A stretch of DNA of 49,268 nt from Tubiluchus corallicola. Its lineage: Eukaryota; Animalia; Priapulida. The notes under the pieces are model-generated. The model had not been told where the DNA came from, did not search any database, and was given only the letters and a program-made list of their open reading frames with translations. A program made the position numbers and the translations under genes. Shown here in pieces: positions 12,310 to 24,978 of this stretch. The stretch is from assembly GCA_030141605.1 (NCBI GenBank), contig JAQGDQ010001292.1:1-49268 (forward strand), in the 5' to 3' direction. Every line of letters starts with the position of its first letter. Within the stretch, counting starts at the first letter, position 1.

Positions 12310-13208
12310 TTAATTGTAATGCAAAATCTTCTTGAAAGCCATCTTAAACTCACTATTAGTAAATGCATATATTATTGGATTAACAGCACTGTTGGTAAAT
12401 CCAACTGAAAATAAAACCTAATATATTTCATATTTACTTTTATAAAGCAACATAGATGAAAAGTGCCATACAAAGTTAAAGGTCCCCAGCATAAAAGAAA
12501 AGCAAGGGTAACGATGGCAAGGGTTTTTGTTGCTTTCATCTGCATCACATTTGTCTGGCTTCCTTGACCTTGACTGTGTATCTGTAAGACGTGTCTTCTT
12601 GCAGTTCTCCAAATTAGGACATACAGCACAAGAATCATAAGCACTGGTAAATAAAAGATTAAAATATTGTCAAGAATTATTCCTTTCCCCATTTTTAACC
12701 CAAATCTCAAAACAATACTAGTAACAGCCAGAATTAAAGCTAAAGTCCAAACAAAGCAAAGTGCTGCAACAATGGCTTCTTTCCTCACGATGGTATGATA
12801 TTTGAATGGATGAACAACAGCTACGTATCTTTCAGCAGCTATCAGACACAAGTGAAATATACTTGCATTCATCATTCCAAACTGACATATCTTGTACATC
12901 ATCAAGAATTTTCGATTTGACCTCATAGCAGGTTGCAAGATGATCATAATTTCTACAGGAGTAGAAAAACCAACAAGCAAATCAGTTACTGCAAGTGATG
13001 CTACAAGGGCATTGGTTTTAGTTTGCAAGCGAGAAATTTTATAAATTGCAATCAACACTAAGAAGTTTCCTGCAATTACAGCCAAGCCCAATAATGGTAA
13101 CAGCGACACCACAAGTACTACCATTGGCTCAGCCAGAAGCATGGTCTTAGTTTCTGTCATATTTACAGCGGCAGCATCAACAGAAGATGAAGTTGAATTG
13201 ATAAGCAT
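12310..13208 (-). pseudogene. Class A (rhodopsin-like) GPCR paralogue 1, disrupted after TM6
   Basis: GN..V, LAVTDLLVG, LIAAERY, CWGP; TM7 NSAVNPIIY lies in another frame; alignment with the intact copy implies a 1-nt deletion near 12455 plus TAG at 12418-12420 (899 nt total). Confidence 0.85.
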
Positions 13209-13889
13209 CACAATAGTAAAGTAAGAACAACAAAAACAGCAAGTTCCATCAAGTCAAATATACTGTAAATTTAAACTGCCAGTCACAGAAAATGGCATAT
13301 GCCTTAGTTTAGGCCCTATATTAGAGAATGTTTACATTTTTCTGCAATGCCTGGCTATGGCAAATGTGGAAATGCCACTAACAAGGTAAAATGCAGTTAG
13401 AAATACAAGCACCATAGGTTATGTTGATTATTCACATGCGAACTTAATGCAATATGTTACCCACATTAAACAGAGCGACAGCCATACAATAATAACGTTC
13501 ATATCGATATAAACTTTATAGTATACTTGCAGAACAAATGTCTATTACACATAAAGTGCAACATGCATAATTTGTTTAGCTGTGCAACTGCAAGTATGCG
13601 CTTGTAATGCATACAAGCGAAGTGTGAAATTGGGCATTGTATAAAATGCCTAGGCATTGTATAGAGTGCCAAAACAAAAATAGGCAGTGTCTAAAACAGT
13701 TTCTCCATGCTTTTCCAGAGCATTATATGGAAGGCAAATTTTTGTTTAGGCAAAGTATGTAATTCCTGAATTTTTTGGATATATTTCACTAGGCATTTCA
13801 CAGAATGTCAGTTTTATTTTAGGGATTGTGTGAAGCAAATCATGTTTCAATATGCTCAAAACTTTATGTGGTAAATATGTTCCTTCATT

Positions 13890-14560
13890 CATTTGTTCAT
13901 CATTATTCGTGACCTTCTTGACTTGGGACAGCAAGTGTTGCATGTAGTAATACAGATGGCATTTGAGAGCTTGTGGGTCGTATTTGAGCTTGTCGAATCT
14001 TGGTCTTGCCCTGTTGCCATCGAATGCTTCACTCCTGTTTGTTCGAGAGCGGATTTCAACTGGTCCTTGACAAAGATGCATTTCTATAGTCTTTTCTGCA
14101 ATCTGATAGCATGTTCTGACCAACTAAGTCAGTGCTTTATAATGGTGGACAAGATGCTCTGGATGTTTGCTCATTCAAGGACAATTATGTTGATGATGTA
14201 CTTGTCACATTTGATGCTCAGGATGAAACGAAGCTCTTGCTGATGAAATGGTTTGAGTTTTTTCTGTTGTCACAATAATAGAGAGTCAGAGTCTTAGCCC
14301 ATAGCCCTAGAGCATCAAGGAAAGTCGAGATGATGGCACCTTGAATGTGAGGTCGGTCGACTTTTTTGGATTTAACTCTTTGCTCTTAAAAACTCATTTC
14401 GTAAGCTTCTTGAAAGCCACATGAGCTGCTTCAATTTGATGTTCCACAGGTTTTCCGGAAGTACATCTGCAGAGAGCAGGCTTCCCAGGTATGGAAAATG
14501 CATGATCCACTTGGCAAAGCAGTTCGTCAACAATGGCGACATTGCATCTGCAACTGGTAC
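13890..14560 (-). mobile_element. Decayed RTE-clade LINE, 3' fragment of RT ORF
   Basis: VDH-FPYLGSLLSAD, then frameshifted remnants such as FHQQELRFILSIK, typical of the post-RT region of RTE LINEs; many stops and frameshifts. Confidence 0.75.
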
Positions 14561-14641
14561 AACAAGTAGCAACTTAGTTGAACTACTTGCTTAATTTAAT
14601 AATCTACGATGCCTGACTAATGTATAAAATATCTAGGAAAA

Positions 14642-14642
<1 letters not shown>

Positions 14643-14721
<79 letters not shown>

Positions 14722-14739
14722 TACTACTACTACTACTAC

Positions 14740-14826
<87 letters not shown>

Positions 14827-14841
14827 CATTATTATTATCAT
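14643..14841. repeat. (TAT)n/(TAC)n microsatellite
   Basis: Direct reading. Confidence 0.97.
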
Positions 14842-14889
14842 TGTAAGTTTATTATTTTTATTGTTTATAAGCACTCACCACAATATTAA

Positions 14890-15835
14890 AATAGGGGTGC
14901 TTGATTTTTGTGGACGCCAAAACAGATTTGTGGACATCTTTTTTCAGGGGTCACCTTCTTTGTGGATTTTTGTGAACAAGTAAAAAAACGTGTACAAAAG
15001 TTTACAGGTTTCTGTCTTTGCGTCCACAAACACCAAGTTACTGTTAAATTTACTGTTTAGGTTGTCAGTCTTTTACCTCACACTGGTTTTACATTGAAAT
15101 TGTCATTTTGGAGTAACCATATTTTTGACCATGTGACTGGATTATGGCTGCTGTTTGCTGATAAGCTTTTACATGTCATTGTAATTAAATTTGGTGTATA
15201 CAGATGCATACAAATTAAATGTATGCACCTGTCGTTTACAAGAGCATTCATCGACTTTTTGGTTGGAAGAAGCGTAAAGATGATAAAGAAGATGTTGAGA
15301 AAGAGAAAGAGACAGCGAAAGGCAAGACTCCCACTGATCATTTCTGGATCAATGATGATGTCCAAACTGTGAGCGGTCCTGCTTAAGTGGAGGAAAGCGT
15401 GGCGACAAGTGTCGCAAGAAATGCCTAGGCGTCGTAAAATGCTATGAGTGTAGCTCTGTGTTCCGGCCAAAGTGCAAGTGAACAAAACCATGACTGAATA
15501 AGGCTGCAAGCTTTGTGGAAGCAAGCTTTATCACTTGAAGTGTGGAGTGACTATCTCGTTCCACACTTCAAGTGATGGAACTGTTGTGATATCTTCTGGT
15601 AAGCACCACCATGATCACCCGCCGCAATGGGGCACGTACCACATGCTTCGCTCAGCAAGTTGGAGGCGGTCGTAAAGATGCTACGCAAATAAAGCCACTG
15701 GTAGTTTGTACAACATTCGTGGAATTTGTCCACAAAATTTTCTTGATTTTTGTGTACATGCTCTGATTTCTTGTGGACACAAATGATCACTGGTCCACAA
15801 TTTCCTTCGATGTCCACAAAAATCTGAATCCACAT
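14890..15835. mobile_element. Putative non-autonomous DNA transposon
   Basis: Imperfect inverted ends (GATTTTTGTGGAC / GTCCACAAAAATC), repeated subterminal TGTGGAC motifs, TTAA near both ends; internal 17-bp-arm hairpin at 15530-15576. Confidence 0.55.
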
Positions 15836-16635
15836 TTAATGATTAAATGATCACACTAAATTATGCAAAAATCACCTAAAAAATTGGACGCAAGGCAAAT
15901 TACCTCCATTTTACACTTTACCAAAACCACTTCATGCATTTTATACAGACATTAAGTATTATACAAACGTCTACTCTAGGTAAATTCTGAAAGTGCAGCA
16001 GTAAAAACATTTTTTCACACTTTTCTTGAAATGGAAAGGTGTTATATAAAATGTCTAGGAATTATATAAAATCTCTAAATTTGCACGTTGCCCGTAACAT
16101 GGATATTATCACACCTAAACTCAGTTAACACTTTTCACACCAGAAACAGCAAGTGAAACAAAACCTGTTCAGCTATGAGAACTTTTTAATAGATTGGCAC
16201 ACAAAACAAATAAAAGACAGTAACTTGATTAATAGTGCAAATTCTGAAAAACTTTCACATTTGACTTTAACAGTATCGTTTCAATGAACAAGTGAAATTT
16301 CCTCCTGGGGCAGCTGTGAGGAAACCGCGATTGTTGATGGTCTTGTCTAGCTAAGGCAGCTTGAATGTAAATGAAGTAGTGACAGCAAAACCATATGCAT
16401 ACGTATATAAATATATATGTAAATAATACACATGTACATACCACACTAGCAATGCAACTTGTAGGACTTAGTTGAGTTTGATTGATAACATCAAGTGAAG
16501 TGAATGTCCTACTTCAAGAATGGTATTAAGCCATCAGCTTCACTTCAAAATTTTAGTTTGTTGTTCAATTCAATTCAAAAATATTGGAATGTCGTTCAGT
16601 TGAGTGTGATTAATGCAATTCCGTGACAATGTCTG

Positions 16636-17186
16636 TCAAAACGAAATGCTCCAGAAAGCCATTTTAAAGTCGCTGCTAGAACAATATATGATTGAATTAA
16701 CAGCATTATTGATAAGTGCAAGTGCGTATAGAATCTGCGTTGTTTTGTAATATTTCCTTTTATAAGACATCATATAAATAAAAGTGTCATGCAGACGTAC
16801 GGGGCCCCAAAAACCACAAAGGTGAAGGTAATGATGACTAGGGTTTTTGTTGCTTTCATCTACATTATATTTGCCTGGCTTCCTTGACCTTGACTGTGTA
16901 ACTGTAAGACGTGTCTTCTTGCAGTTCTCCAAATTAGGGCATACAGCACAAGAATCATAAGCACTGGTAAATAAAAGACTAAAATATTGTCAAGAATTAT
17001 CATACTCTGCATCTTATACACAAATCTCAATATAATATTAATAACAGCCTGAATTAAAGCTAAAGCCCAAGTAATGCAAAGTGCAGCAAACATGGCTTCT
17101 TTTCTCATGAGGGTGTGATACTTGAATGGATGAACAACAGCTACGTATCTTTCAGTAGCTATCAGGCACAGATGAAAAGAATGCAT
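16636..17186 (-). pseudogene. Class A GPCR paralogue 2, 5'-truncated pseudogene (TM3-TM7 only)
   Basis: LCLIATERYVAVVHPFKYH; TAG at 16860-16862; frameshifts in TM6/TM7; TM1-2 absent. Confidence 0.9.
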
Positions 17187-17187
17187 C

Positions 17188-17410
17188 TATGAAACTATTG
17201 TCCAATGACTACTTCAGCGCTTCAACAGTTAGGTGTCTGAAAAGTGTATGTATTATCACACCTTTGAAACTATTGTCCAATGACTACTTTAGCACTTCGA
17301 CAGTTAGGCGTCTGAAATGTGTATGTATTACCACACCTATGAAACTATTGTGACTACTTTGGCACTTCAACAGTTAGATGCCAGCAATATGTACATATTA
17401 TCACACTTGT
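17188..17410. repeat. 75-bp tandem repeat x3
   Basis: GAAACTATTG at 17191, 17266, 17341. Confidence 0.9.
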
Positions 17411-18141
17411 GCAAATTTCATTTCATTTCTTTTCATTTCTGATCAGAATTGGCAGGTAAAACATTACCTACTGCAAACATTTCATTGAACACGATACAAA
17501 AACCAATTGTAATAACATGCTCACTATCAATATATTATACCACTATCAATACAACAAGGGCAGATACAGACTAGTGCACACAGTATATAGTATAGATACA
17601 AAAACCATTATTATTTCAATGAAAATTGTGCGAAAGCTCATAATTACCATTATATACACAAATTGTGAAATTTACCGTCTGCATTTTGACATTATTACAC
17701 ATTTGATAAAATTAATTTTTTCCATTTGTTATGCATTGATGAATCTGTCAGTTTCTATTATTATTAAATATGGTGTTGTAATTTATATTGTTAGTAGTTT
17801 ATTACATGATTGATACAGCATGATCTTATATACATTAAAAAGTACAATAGCTATGATAACAAACCTTCTCTTTATAAATGCTAAGTGCACATACACAACG
17901 ATGTAACGCAACTACTGTGCAACATGGAAGATTAGTTCTGTTGATATGCTGAGCAGTAATAATGTTTCAGTAAACATGCATACAACATTATAACCATAGA
18001 CTATTATAAGTGGACATTGTTCGTCTATTGCGTGCTCTATTTGAAGAATTTTGCTCACTTGTGCGGTTTCTCAGTTTCATGCTATTAACGCAGTTATCAT
18101 TAAGTGAAAGCAATTTACGTGAAAGTTTTTCGCATTAAGTT

Positions 18142-19041
18142 TTACAATTCACGTGAAAGCAACATTTTCTTGAAAGCCCATCTAAAATCAGTGCTAGACA
18201 GTGCATACACGATTGGATTAATGGCACTATTGATAAATCCAAATATATATAAAAACTCATCTATTTCCTTTTTCTCTTCGTAAGGCAATATATAACAAAC
18301 TGTCTGATACAGAGAAATGGGACCACAACATACCAGAAAAGCAAAGGTAACAATGGCTAAAGTTTTTGTTGCTTTCATTTGCATCATGTTTGCCTGGCTT
18401 CCTTGACATTGACTGTGTATCTGCAAGACGTGCCTTCTTGCAGTTCTCCAAATAAGGACATACAGTACAAAAATCGTAAACACTGGTAAATAAAATGCTA
18501 AAGTGGCATCAACGACTAACAGACCTTGTGCATTGAAAATGATTCTGAAAATAAAGTAAATAGCTGCCTCGGTTAAGGCAAAAATCCAAGCAATGGAAAG
18601 TGCAGCAACAATGGCTTCTTTTCTCACGATGGTGTGATACTTGAATGGATGAACAACAGCCACATATCTTTCGGCTGCTATCAGACACAAGTGACATATA
18701 CTTGCATTCACCATTCCAAGTTCAAATATGTACAGCACCGATACAAGCGCTTGGTTTGACAACACAGATGGATACAACACTGTGGTCACTTTTGCTGGTG
18801 TTGACAAACCAACAAGTAAATCAGTTACAGCAAGAGACGCAACAAGAACATTTGTTTTAGTTTGCAAACGAGGAATCTTACAAACTGCAATCAGAACTAA
18901 TAAGTTTCCAGCTATTATAGTACTACTTAGTAGTATTAGCAGCAGAACTTTTATGGAAATCACAGAGTTTGGTAAAAATGTAACCGCATGTTCTGTTGTG
19001 TTCATAGTAGCAAAATCAACCAGTAACGAAGATGTATTCAT
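18142..19041 (-). CDS. Intact intronless class A GPCR (aminergic/chemoreceptor-like orphan), 299 aa
   Basis: Seven hydrophobic segments; N-glycosylation sites NTS/NTT; GN(TM1), LAVTDLLVG(TM2), ERY(TM3), W(TM4), FYLP(TM5), KATKTLAIV/CCGP(TM6), NSAINPIVY + FR.AFKK(TM7/H8). Confidence 0.95.
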   Translation of the reverse strand: MNTSSLLVDFATMNTTEHAVTFLPNSVISIKVLLLILLSSTIIAGNLLVLIAVCKIPRLQTKTNVLVASLAVTDLLVGLSTPAKVTTVLYPSVLSNQALVSVLYIFELGMVNASICHLCLIAAERYVAVVHPFKYHTIVRKEAIVAALSIAWIFALTEAAIYFIFRIIFNAQGLLVVDATLAFYLPVFTIFVLYVLIWRTARRHVLQIHSQCQGSQANMMQMKATKTLAIVTFAFLVCCGPISLYQTVCYILPYEEKKEIDEFLYIFGFINSAINPIVYALSSTDFRWAFKKMLLSREL

Positions 19042-19196
19042 GTTCAGAACATCTCATTTCGAAAAACGTTCGAAAGGTTTGCAAAAGTAGAGTATTTGCA
19101 TTCGTAAATGTCCGTGTCATATTTTCACTGCAATCGAAAATCTGAAAACGCATTTACAAAGAAATCACTGTCAGAAATACAAGCAAACTACATATG

Positions 19197-19416
19197 ATCA
19201 TTTTCACAATGATACGGTATAATGTCATCCATGTTCAAAATGATGCAGTATAATGTCATTCATTCTCACAATGATGCAGTATAATGTCTTTCATTCTCAC
19301 AATGATGCAATATAATGTCTTTCATTCTCACAATGATGCAGTATAATGTCTTTCATTCTCACAATGATGCAATATAATGTCTTTCATTATCACAATGATG
19401 CAGTATAATGTCATTT
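19197..19416. repeat. 31-bp minisatellite (~7 copies) just upstream of the intact GPCR
   Basis: Unit CATTCTCACAATGATGCAGTATAATGTCTTT. Confidence 0.93.
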
Positions 19417-19941
19417 ATTTTAAAAAGCACAACAGCTAGGATGATAACATTTTTATTCATAGGGATTTTATTACCACAAAGTACACATGCAAAACAAATA
19501 CCCATTACTAGGCAAGTTTACTTTGATTCACGAAAGCATTTCAGTAATTAGGCAAGACCAATATGTATTGTTAGACGGCAGCCATAAAATTGCTCTAGCT
19601 TAAACTGCAAGTGTATGACGTCTGATTCCCGGCTGGCTGTATATACTTCATAAATGCATGCAATAAAGATTACCACACCTATGTAAATTAAGTTTGAATT
19701 TAATTCAAAACAATTTTTTCAGATACAAAGAAAGTATTCATAAAATTAGTTGAGCATATTAAATGGTAAAAGGTAAATGAGGATTACCTAAAAGAGAAAA
19801 CTAATAAGCAAATTAAAAAATATATATACATATGAATCATTACACATAGGCCTGCAGAGTTAAGTAAGTCTGAAAGATTTGTGAAATACATGAGTTATAA
19901 CATATGTCCCGCCATCTACTGTGAAGTTTAAGGGTGCAATA

Positions 19942-20841
19942 CAGTGTTCCCTCGCTACTTCGCGGTTCGTTTATCGCGGACTTGCTGTTTTGCAGGTTTT
20001 TGGGGTAGTCTAAAGTATTTTTACACACAATGTATTGTACAGTAATGTATAGACATTATGGATTTTGCATAAAAAATCCAAAATGTATAAAAATATATTA
20101 AAAATATTAATTCTAACACTACCAAAGGCCCACGCAAAAAATTTTGCGTATAAATACGCGTATAATCAAAAATACGCAAACATCCTACATAGTCCTCATT
20201 TATAACACAAAGCCAGCAGCAGCTTTTAAATGAATTAAAGTTATAAGGCTATAGACAGAGTATAATGGATGACGTCACAACAATAATGGCTTTGCGTCAG
20301 CAGTTTTCCAAGCGAAAATTGTCAAAAATAGAACATCTAATTAACTCGTCGGTACTCCTCTTGGTGGACGTGTCCTAACATATAACCCACATCATCGTAT
20401 AGCCCCGTTCTTCCTCTATCTCAAGAGCCATATATCTCCTTCCTAGAGTCCCACCAGACGCCGCTAAAACGTTTTTCCTGCAGACTGTTTGGTCAAAATT
20501 TCAAAAAAATCGCGAGTTGGGTCCGGGAAAACGCCCGTTGAGGGACGCCGTGGCCCTCTCGCAAATTCTAAATACGCCTATGACACCCAACACTGAACGG
20601 GCTATCGACCCATGGATAGCACCACCCCCGGCCCGTTCCCGTTCTTCAGAAATAAGAGATATAAATTTTGCAAAAAACGGCCGAAAAATGGCCATTTTTG
20701 GAGGTTTTTCGCCCCCCGTTCCTCGCTGTGGGCCCGATTCGAAAAATAAACTCCCAATGGCACGACACTAGATCGAGACCTTTCGTTTGATGTACAGATC
20801 ACCGCAAATGGTGCCCTCGTCGAAGCTGTAGCCTCGAATCT

Positions 20842-20875
<34 letters not shown>

Positions 20876-21543
20876 GCCCATACCAGTAGAATTAATATAT
20901 AGACTAGCAAAGGCCACGCAAAAAATTTTGCGTATAAATACACGTATTATCAAAAATACGCGAGCATCCTATCTAGTCCTTATTTATAACGCAAAGCCAG
21001 CAGCAGCAGCTTTTACTGAATTAAAGTCATAGACAAAGTACAATGGATGGCGTCAGAACAATGGCTTTGCGTTAGCAGTTTTCCAAGCAAAAATTGTTGA
21101 AAATAGAACATCTAATTAAATAAATCTAATAAATATATATACCAGTAGAATTAATATACGCGATAAAAGAAAATTATAAATCATAAAAAATTACCATTTA
21201 CAGTAAATAGTGTATTTATTCGGCTGATGAATACGCACCAAAAATGAAATGTAGGACATATCTTCAATGGAGGGTACCCATATCAAATTTCTAAAATTAC
21301 GTATCTAGGTTTAAGAACATTTTTATGAACATTTAAATAAAGTTTTTTAAAAGGTACATGTACAGTATGGGAAAAGTTTTTAAGGAATGGGAAAGGATTA
21401 TGTATAAGAGTGTGGGGAGGGTTTATAAAGACTTAAAATAATGTATAACTACTAAAATAAGTATAGCGTCAATACTTCGCAAAAATTCGCTTAGCGCGGG
21501 TGGGCCTGGAACGGAACATTCGCGATAAGTGAGAGAACACTAG
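19942..21543. mobile_element. Tigger/pogo-like MITE containing nested Helitron sequence
   Basis: TA|CAGTGTTCCCTCGCTACTTCGCG ... CGCGATAAGTGAGAGAACACTAG|TA imperfect TIRs. Confidence 0.7.
20119..21125 (-). mobile_element. Non-autonomous Helitron-like element plus duplicated 3' end
   Basis: Minus-strand 3' terminus ACGCAAAAttTTTTGCGT hairpin + ggcctttgCTAG|t at 20904 (degenerate GTAG at 20119); (TA)n at the putative 5' end ~20845-20872; 20118-20345 is repeated at 20903-21119. Confidence 0.65.
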
Positions 21544-21926
21544 TAACAAAACTGGCCTTATACCTATTGAGTAAAAGAAACATATCTTATATCGATACAC
21601 TCTGCATATGATGTATGTTTCTTATCAGGCAACATTATCTTTGAAAAGAATTGCCGACAACTAATGTTTATTCCATAATCGCACATCGTGACCCGGAATG
21701 GAATAAATTGCTTAGTGTGTACCTGATTTTAAGAATACTGCTCAACTGTACCCTTCATTTCAAGCATGTCACAGTTGAAAGCTCCAACACAAAAATGTTA
21801 CTAAGTTATCGTCTCCATTTCAAGTTTATTACCCGACTATATGCTCAATTTCAATTATTGAATTCTCCGTACCAAAAACTTTGTTCAGTTGCATTCTCTA
21901 CATCAAAAATATGTGTCTGATCTGTC

Positions 21927-22839
21927 TTAAGAATGTTGCTCAATCGCCAAGCAATCTCTTGGCAATTTATGTGGAAGCAAAAGTTTCTTGAAAGCCATTT
22001 TAAAGTCAGTGCTGGAAAACGCATAGATGACTGGATTAATGGCACTGTTTGTAAATCCAAGTGCAAGTAAATAAAAATATATTTCATATTCTTCATTATA
22101 ACACAATAAATAACATAATGTGACGTACATATACGATGGACCCAACATACCAGAAAAACAAAGGTAACAATGGCTAGAGTTTTTGTTGCTTTCATCTGCA
22201 TCACGTTTGCCTGGCTTCGTTGACCTTGACTGTGTATCTGTAAGACATGTCTTCTTGCCACTTTCCAAGCAAGGGTATAGAGTACAAAAATAATAAGCAC
22301 TGGTACATAAAATGCTAAAATAGCATCAACAATAAACAAAATCTGATTTTTGAAAACAGTTCCGATCACAGTAATGACAGTTTGAGTAAGGGCAGAAGCC
22401 CAAACAATGCACAGTGCTGCAACAATGGTTTCTTTCCTCACGACGGTGTGATACTTGAATGGATGGACAACAGCCACATATCTCTCGGCTGCTATCAGGC
22501 ACAGGTGAAAAACACTTGCATTTGCCATTCCAACTTCAAATGTGTGCTGCACAACTCTATAAACACTAAATTTGATTTCATAGCTGGACGCAGCAAAGCT
22601 GTCAATTCTACTGGTGCACATAAACCAACAAGTAAATCAGTTACTGCAAGCGACGCAATAAGAACATTTGTTTTAGTTTGCAAACGAGAAATTTTACAAA
22701 TTGCAATCAGAACTAATAAGTTTCCTGTAATTATAAAAATGCCCGCTAATACAAATATCAGCAATGCCACCACGATCGAGACTCGGCAAAGAAAGTGGCC
22801 CCTCTTTCCGTTACGTTCATTCTCAGAGGAAAATGACAT
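21927..22839 (-). pseudogene. Class A GPCR paralogue 4, two frameshifts
   Basis: Full 7TM is recoverable from three ORFs (22495..22884, 21851..22621, 21927..22268); shifts near 22570 and 22143. Confidence 0.85.
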
Positions 22840-23351
22840 TGTATTCAAGTACACGGCAGGTTTACGTCTTGAGTAACAACTCAAAAGGACACTGCACTTT
22901 TACTGGTAAAGTCTACTATAACTTTAAGCCATCACAGAAGCTGTAAAAACAATAGTTTATCAACTTCTTATTTCATTTTAGTGAGTATTGATGTTAGTCA
23001 GTCGGTATTTCTAAGAACAAATTCCAAAAATGTAACATGGGGACATGATGTTCGTATTCCTTACACTGGACTGCTGCAGTTCAAAGGTCATTTAAATCAA
23101 AGAACACTACACTGGTGATAATATTCTAATAAGATTCTAATCACAAAACTCCTATAAACACTATGTACACGTGTGTAACAATTGTCCAATACAAAAATGA
23201 AATGCTCCACGAATGCTTACTATGGCACTTCAACTGTCAGATACCTGTAATGTGTATATTAACACACCTGTGCAAACTTAGTTGACACTTTTCACATTTG
23301 ATTAGAATAGGCAGGTCAAATACGATCTACTGCAAACATTTCACTGAACAC

Positions 23352-23916
23352 TATTATTATTATTATTATTGTTGTTGTTGTTGTTGGCATCCTTCTGTCT
23401 CGGAAGACAATGGAGTGTGCGCCAAGAGAGTCAGTTCTTGATCACATTTGACCTGCAGCGTCGACTGTGGCTGAGCAGTGCGATCCTTGAACGTCTCCAG
23501 GGCGCACGCCTGGGCAAGGTGTATTGGAGATCCTGAGTTGCCCAGACAACAGGAACCCCCTCTCTTCCTCCCTGGTGTAGTCCAAAGGAAAGCGGAGCGA
23601 TACGTTTGGCACCAGGTTGGCTGCAGGAGCTGCCGGAGTCAGTGAGCATGCTGCACTGGTCCGCCTTTGGGGCTCCACTCCTGATTTGGAAGGTTTACTC
23701 CTCTACACATGGCCGTTGGGTCACTTGACCTCCTCCGCCCTCTAGCCGTTGGCTGCTTGTGCAGCTCCTCCGCCTAGTGTCGAGATACAGTGTGGGCATC
23801 CCGCAAGCCTACAGCACCTGGTATTTCTAGGCGGTCACCCATCCAAATACTAACCAGGTTTATGTTGCTGGTGATCAGATGAGAACCGGTGTTTTCAATG
23901 CGATATGGCCGTAGTT
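23352..23916 (-). mobile_element. 5S rRNA-headed SINE (SINE3) with bipartite RTE-derived body and (AAC)n(AAT)n tail
   Basis: 5S head 23916-23805; RTE 5'UTR-like body (homologous to 31057-31180); RTE ORF C-terminal remnant SRIALLSHSRRC; 3' hairpin CCATTGTCTTCCGAGACAGAAGGATGCC; then tail. Confidence 0.72.
23805..23916 (-). pseudogene. 5S rRNA-derived sequence (degenerate)
   Basis: Reverse complement CTACGGCCATATCGCATTGAAAACACCGGTTCTCATCTGATCACC...GGTTAGTATTTGGATGGGTGACCGCCTAGAAATACCAGGTGCTGTAGGCTT; ~7-nt deletion at box A. Confidence 0.92.
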
Positions 23917-24273
<357 letters not shown>

Positions 24274-24978
24274 GGGTAATTGTAGCTAGAATGGTAGCCA
24301 AAAATGACAGCAAAATACAATAATTTAAATTACCCAAAGTACTCCCCGTACAAAGGGGACAACATAGTGCAGCATATCATACAGTACAATAATACAAGTG
24401 TAAACATTAGTACTAAACTTTACGTATCTATGACAATAACAATTAACAGAACGTGCAAAATTATAAAAAAAAACATTACGAGTTTTGATAGAGATGGCTG
24501 GAATTTTGGTAGAATTCCATGAATTCATTACTCGACATGCTAAACAGTCTCATTCTTAAGCTTTGATCACACTTTTTGCAGCAAAAGGTCAAAGGGTAAG
24601 GTCACAAGTCAAAATCAAAACTGACATGAAGGTATAACCATCAGCTTGGCAAGACCTTGAGTTTCATTCACGTTTGCAGAGGTCACAATCACAAGGTCAA
24701 AAACTGCCAAAATCAAATGCAATTGGGCCCAACGAACAACGAAAATTCGTCTCAGCAAACATTTTCCTGCAGAATGTAAGCCAAGTCCACAATTTTTCTC
24801 AAAAAGTAAATCTATATTTGTAAAAAGTGCAAAACGCAAATTTGAAGAAGAGAAGATTTTAAGAACACAACATGCCTCTGTCTTCCGCTGACCGAACCTT
24901 AGTTGAGAAACAAAAGTTGACGGTGTATCAGGTCAAAGTTCAGAGATAAAAAGTTACAGTTAACGAGCTGTCACTCAC

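Noticed and set aside
23805-23916. Functional 5S rRNA gene
   Set aside because: Internal deletion, many substitutions, no oligo-T terminator, fused to a retroposon body
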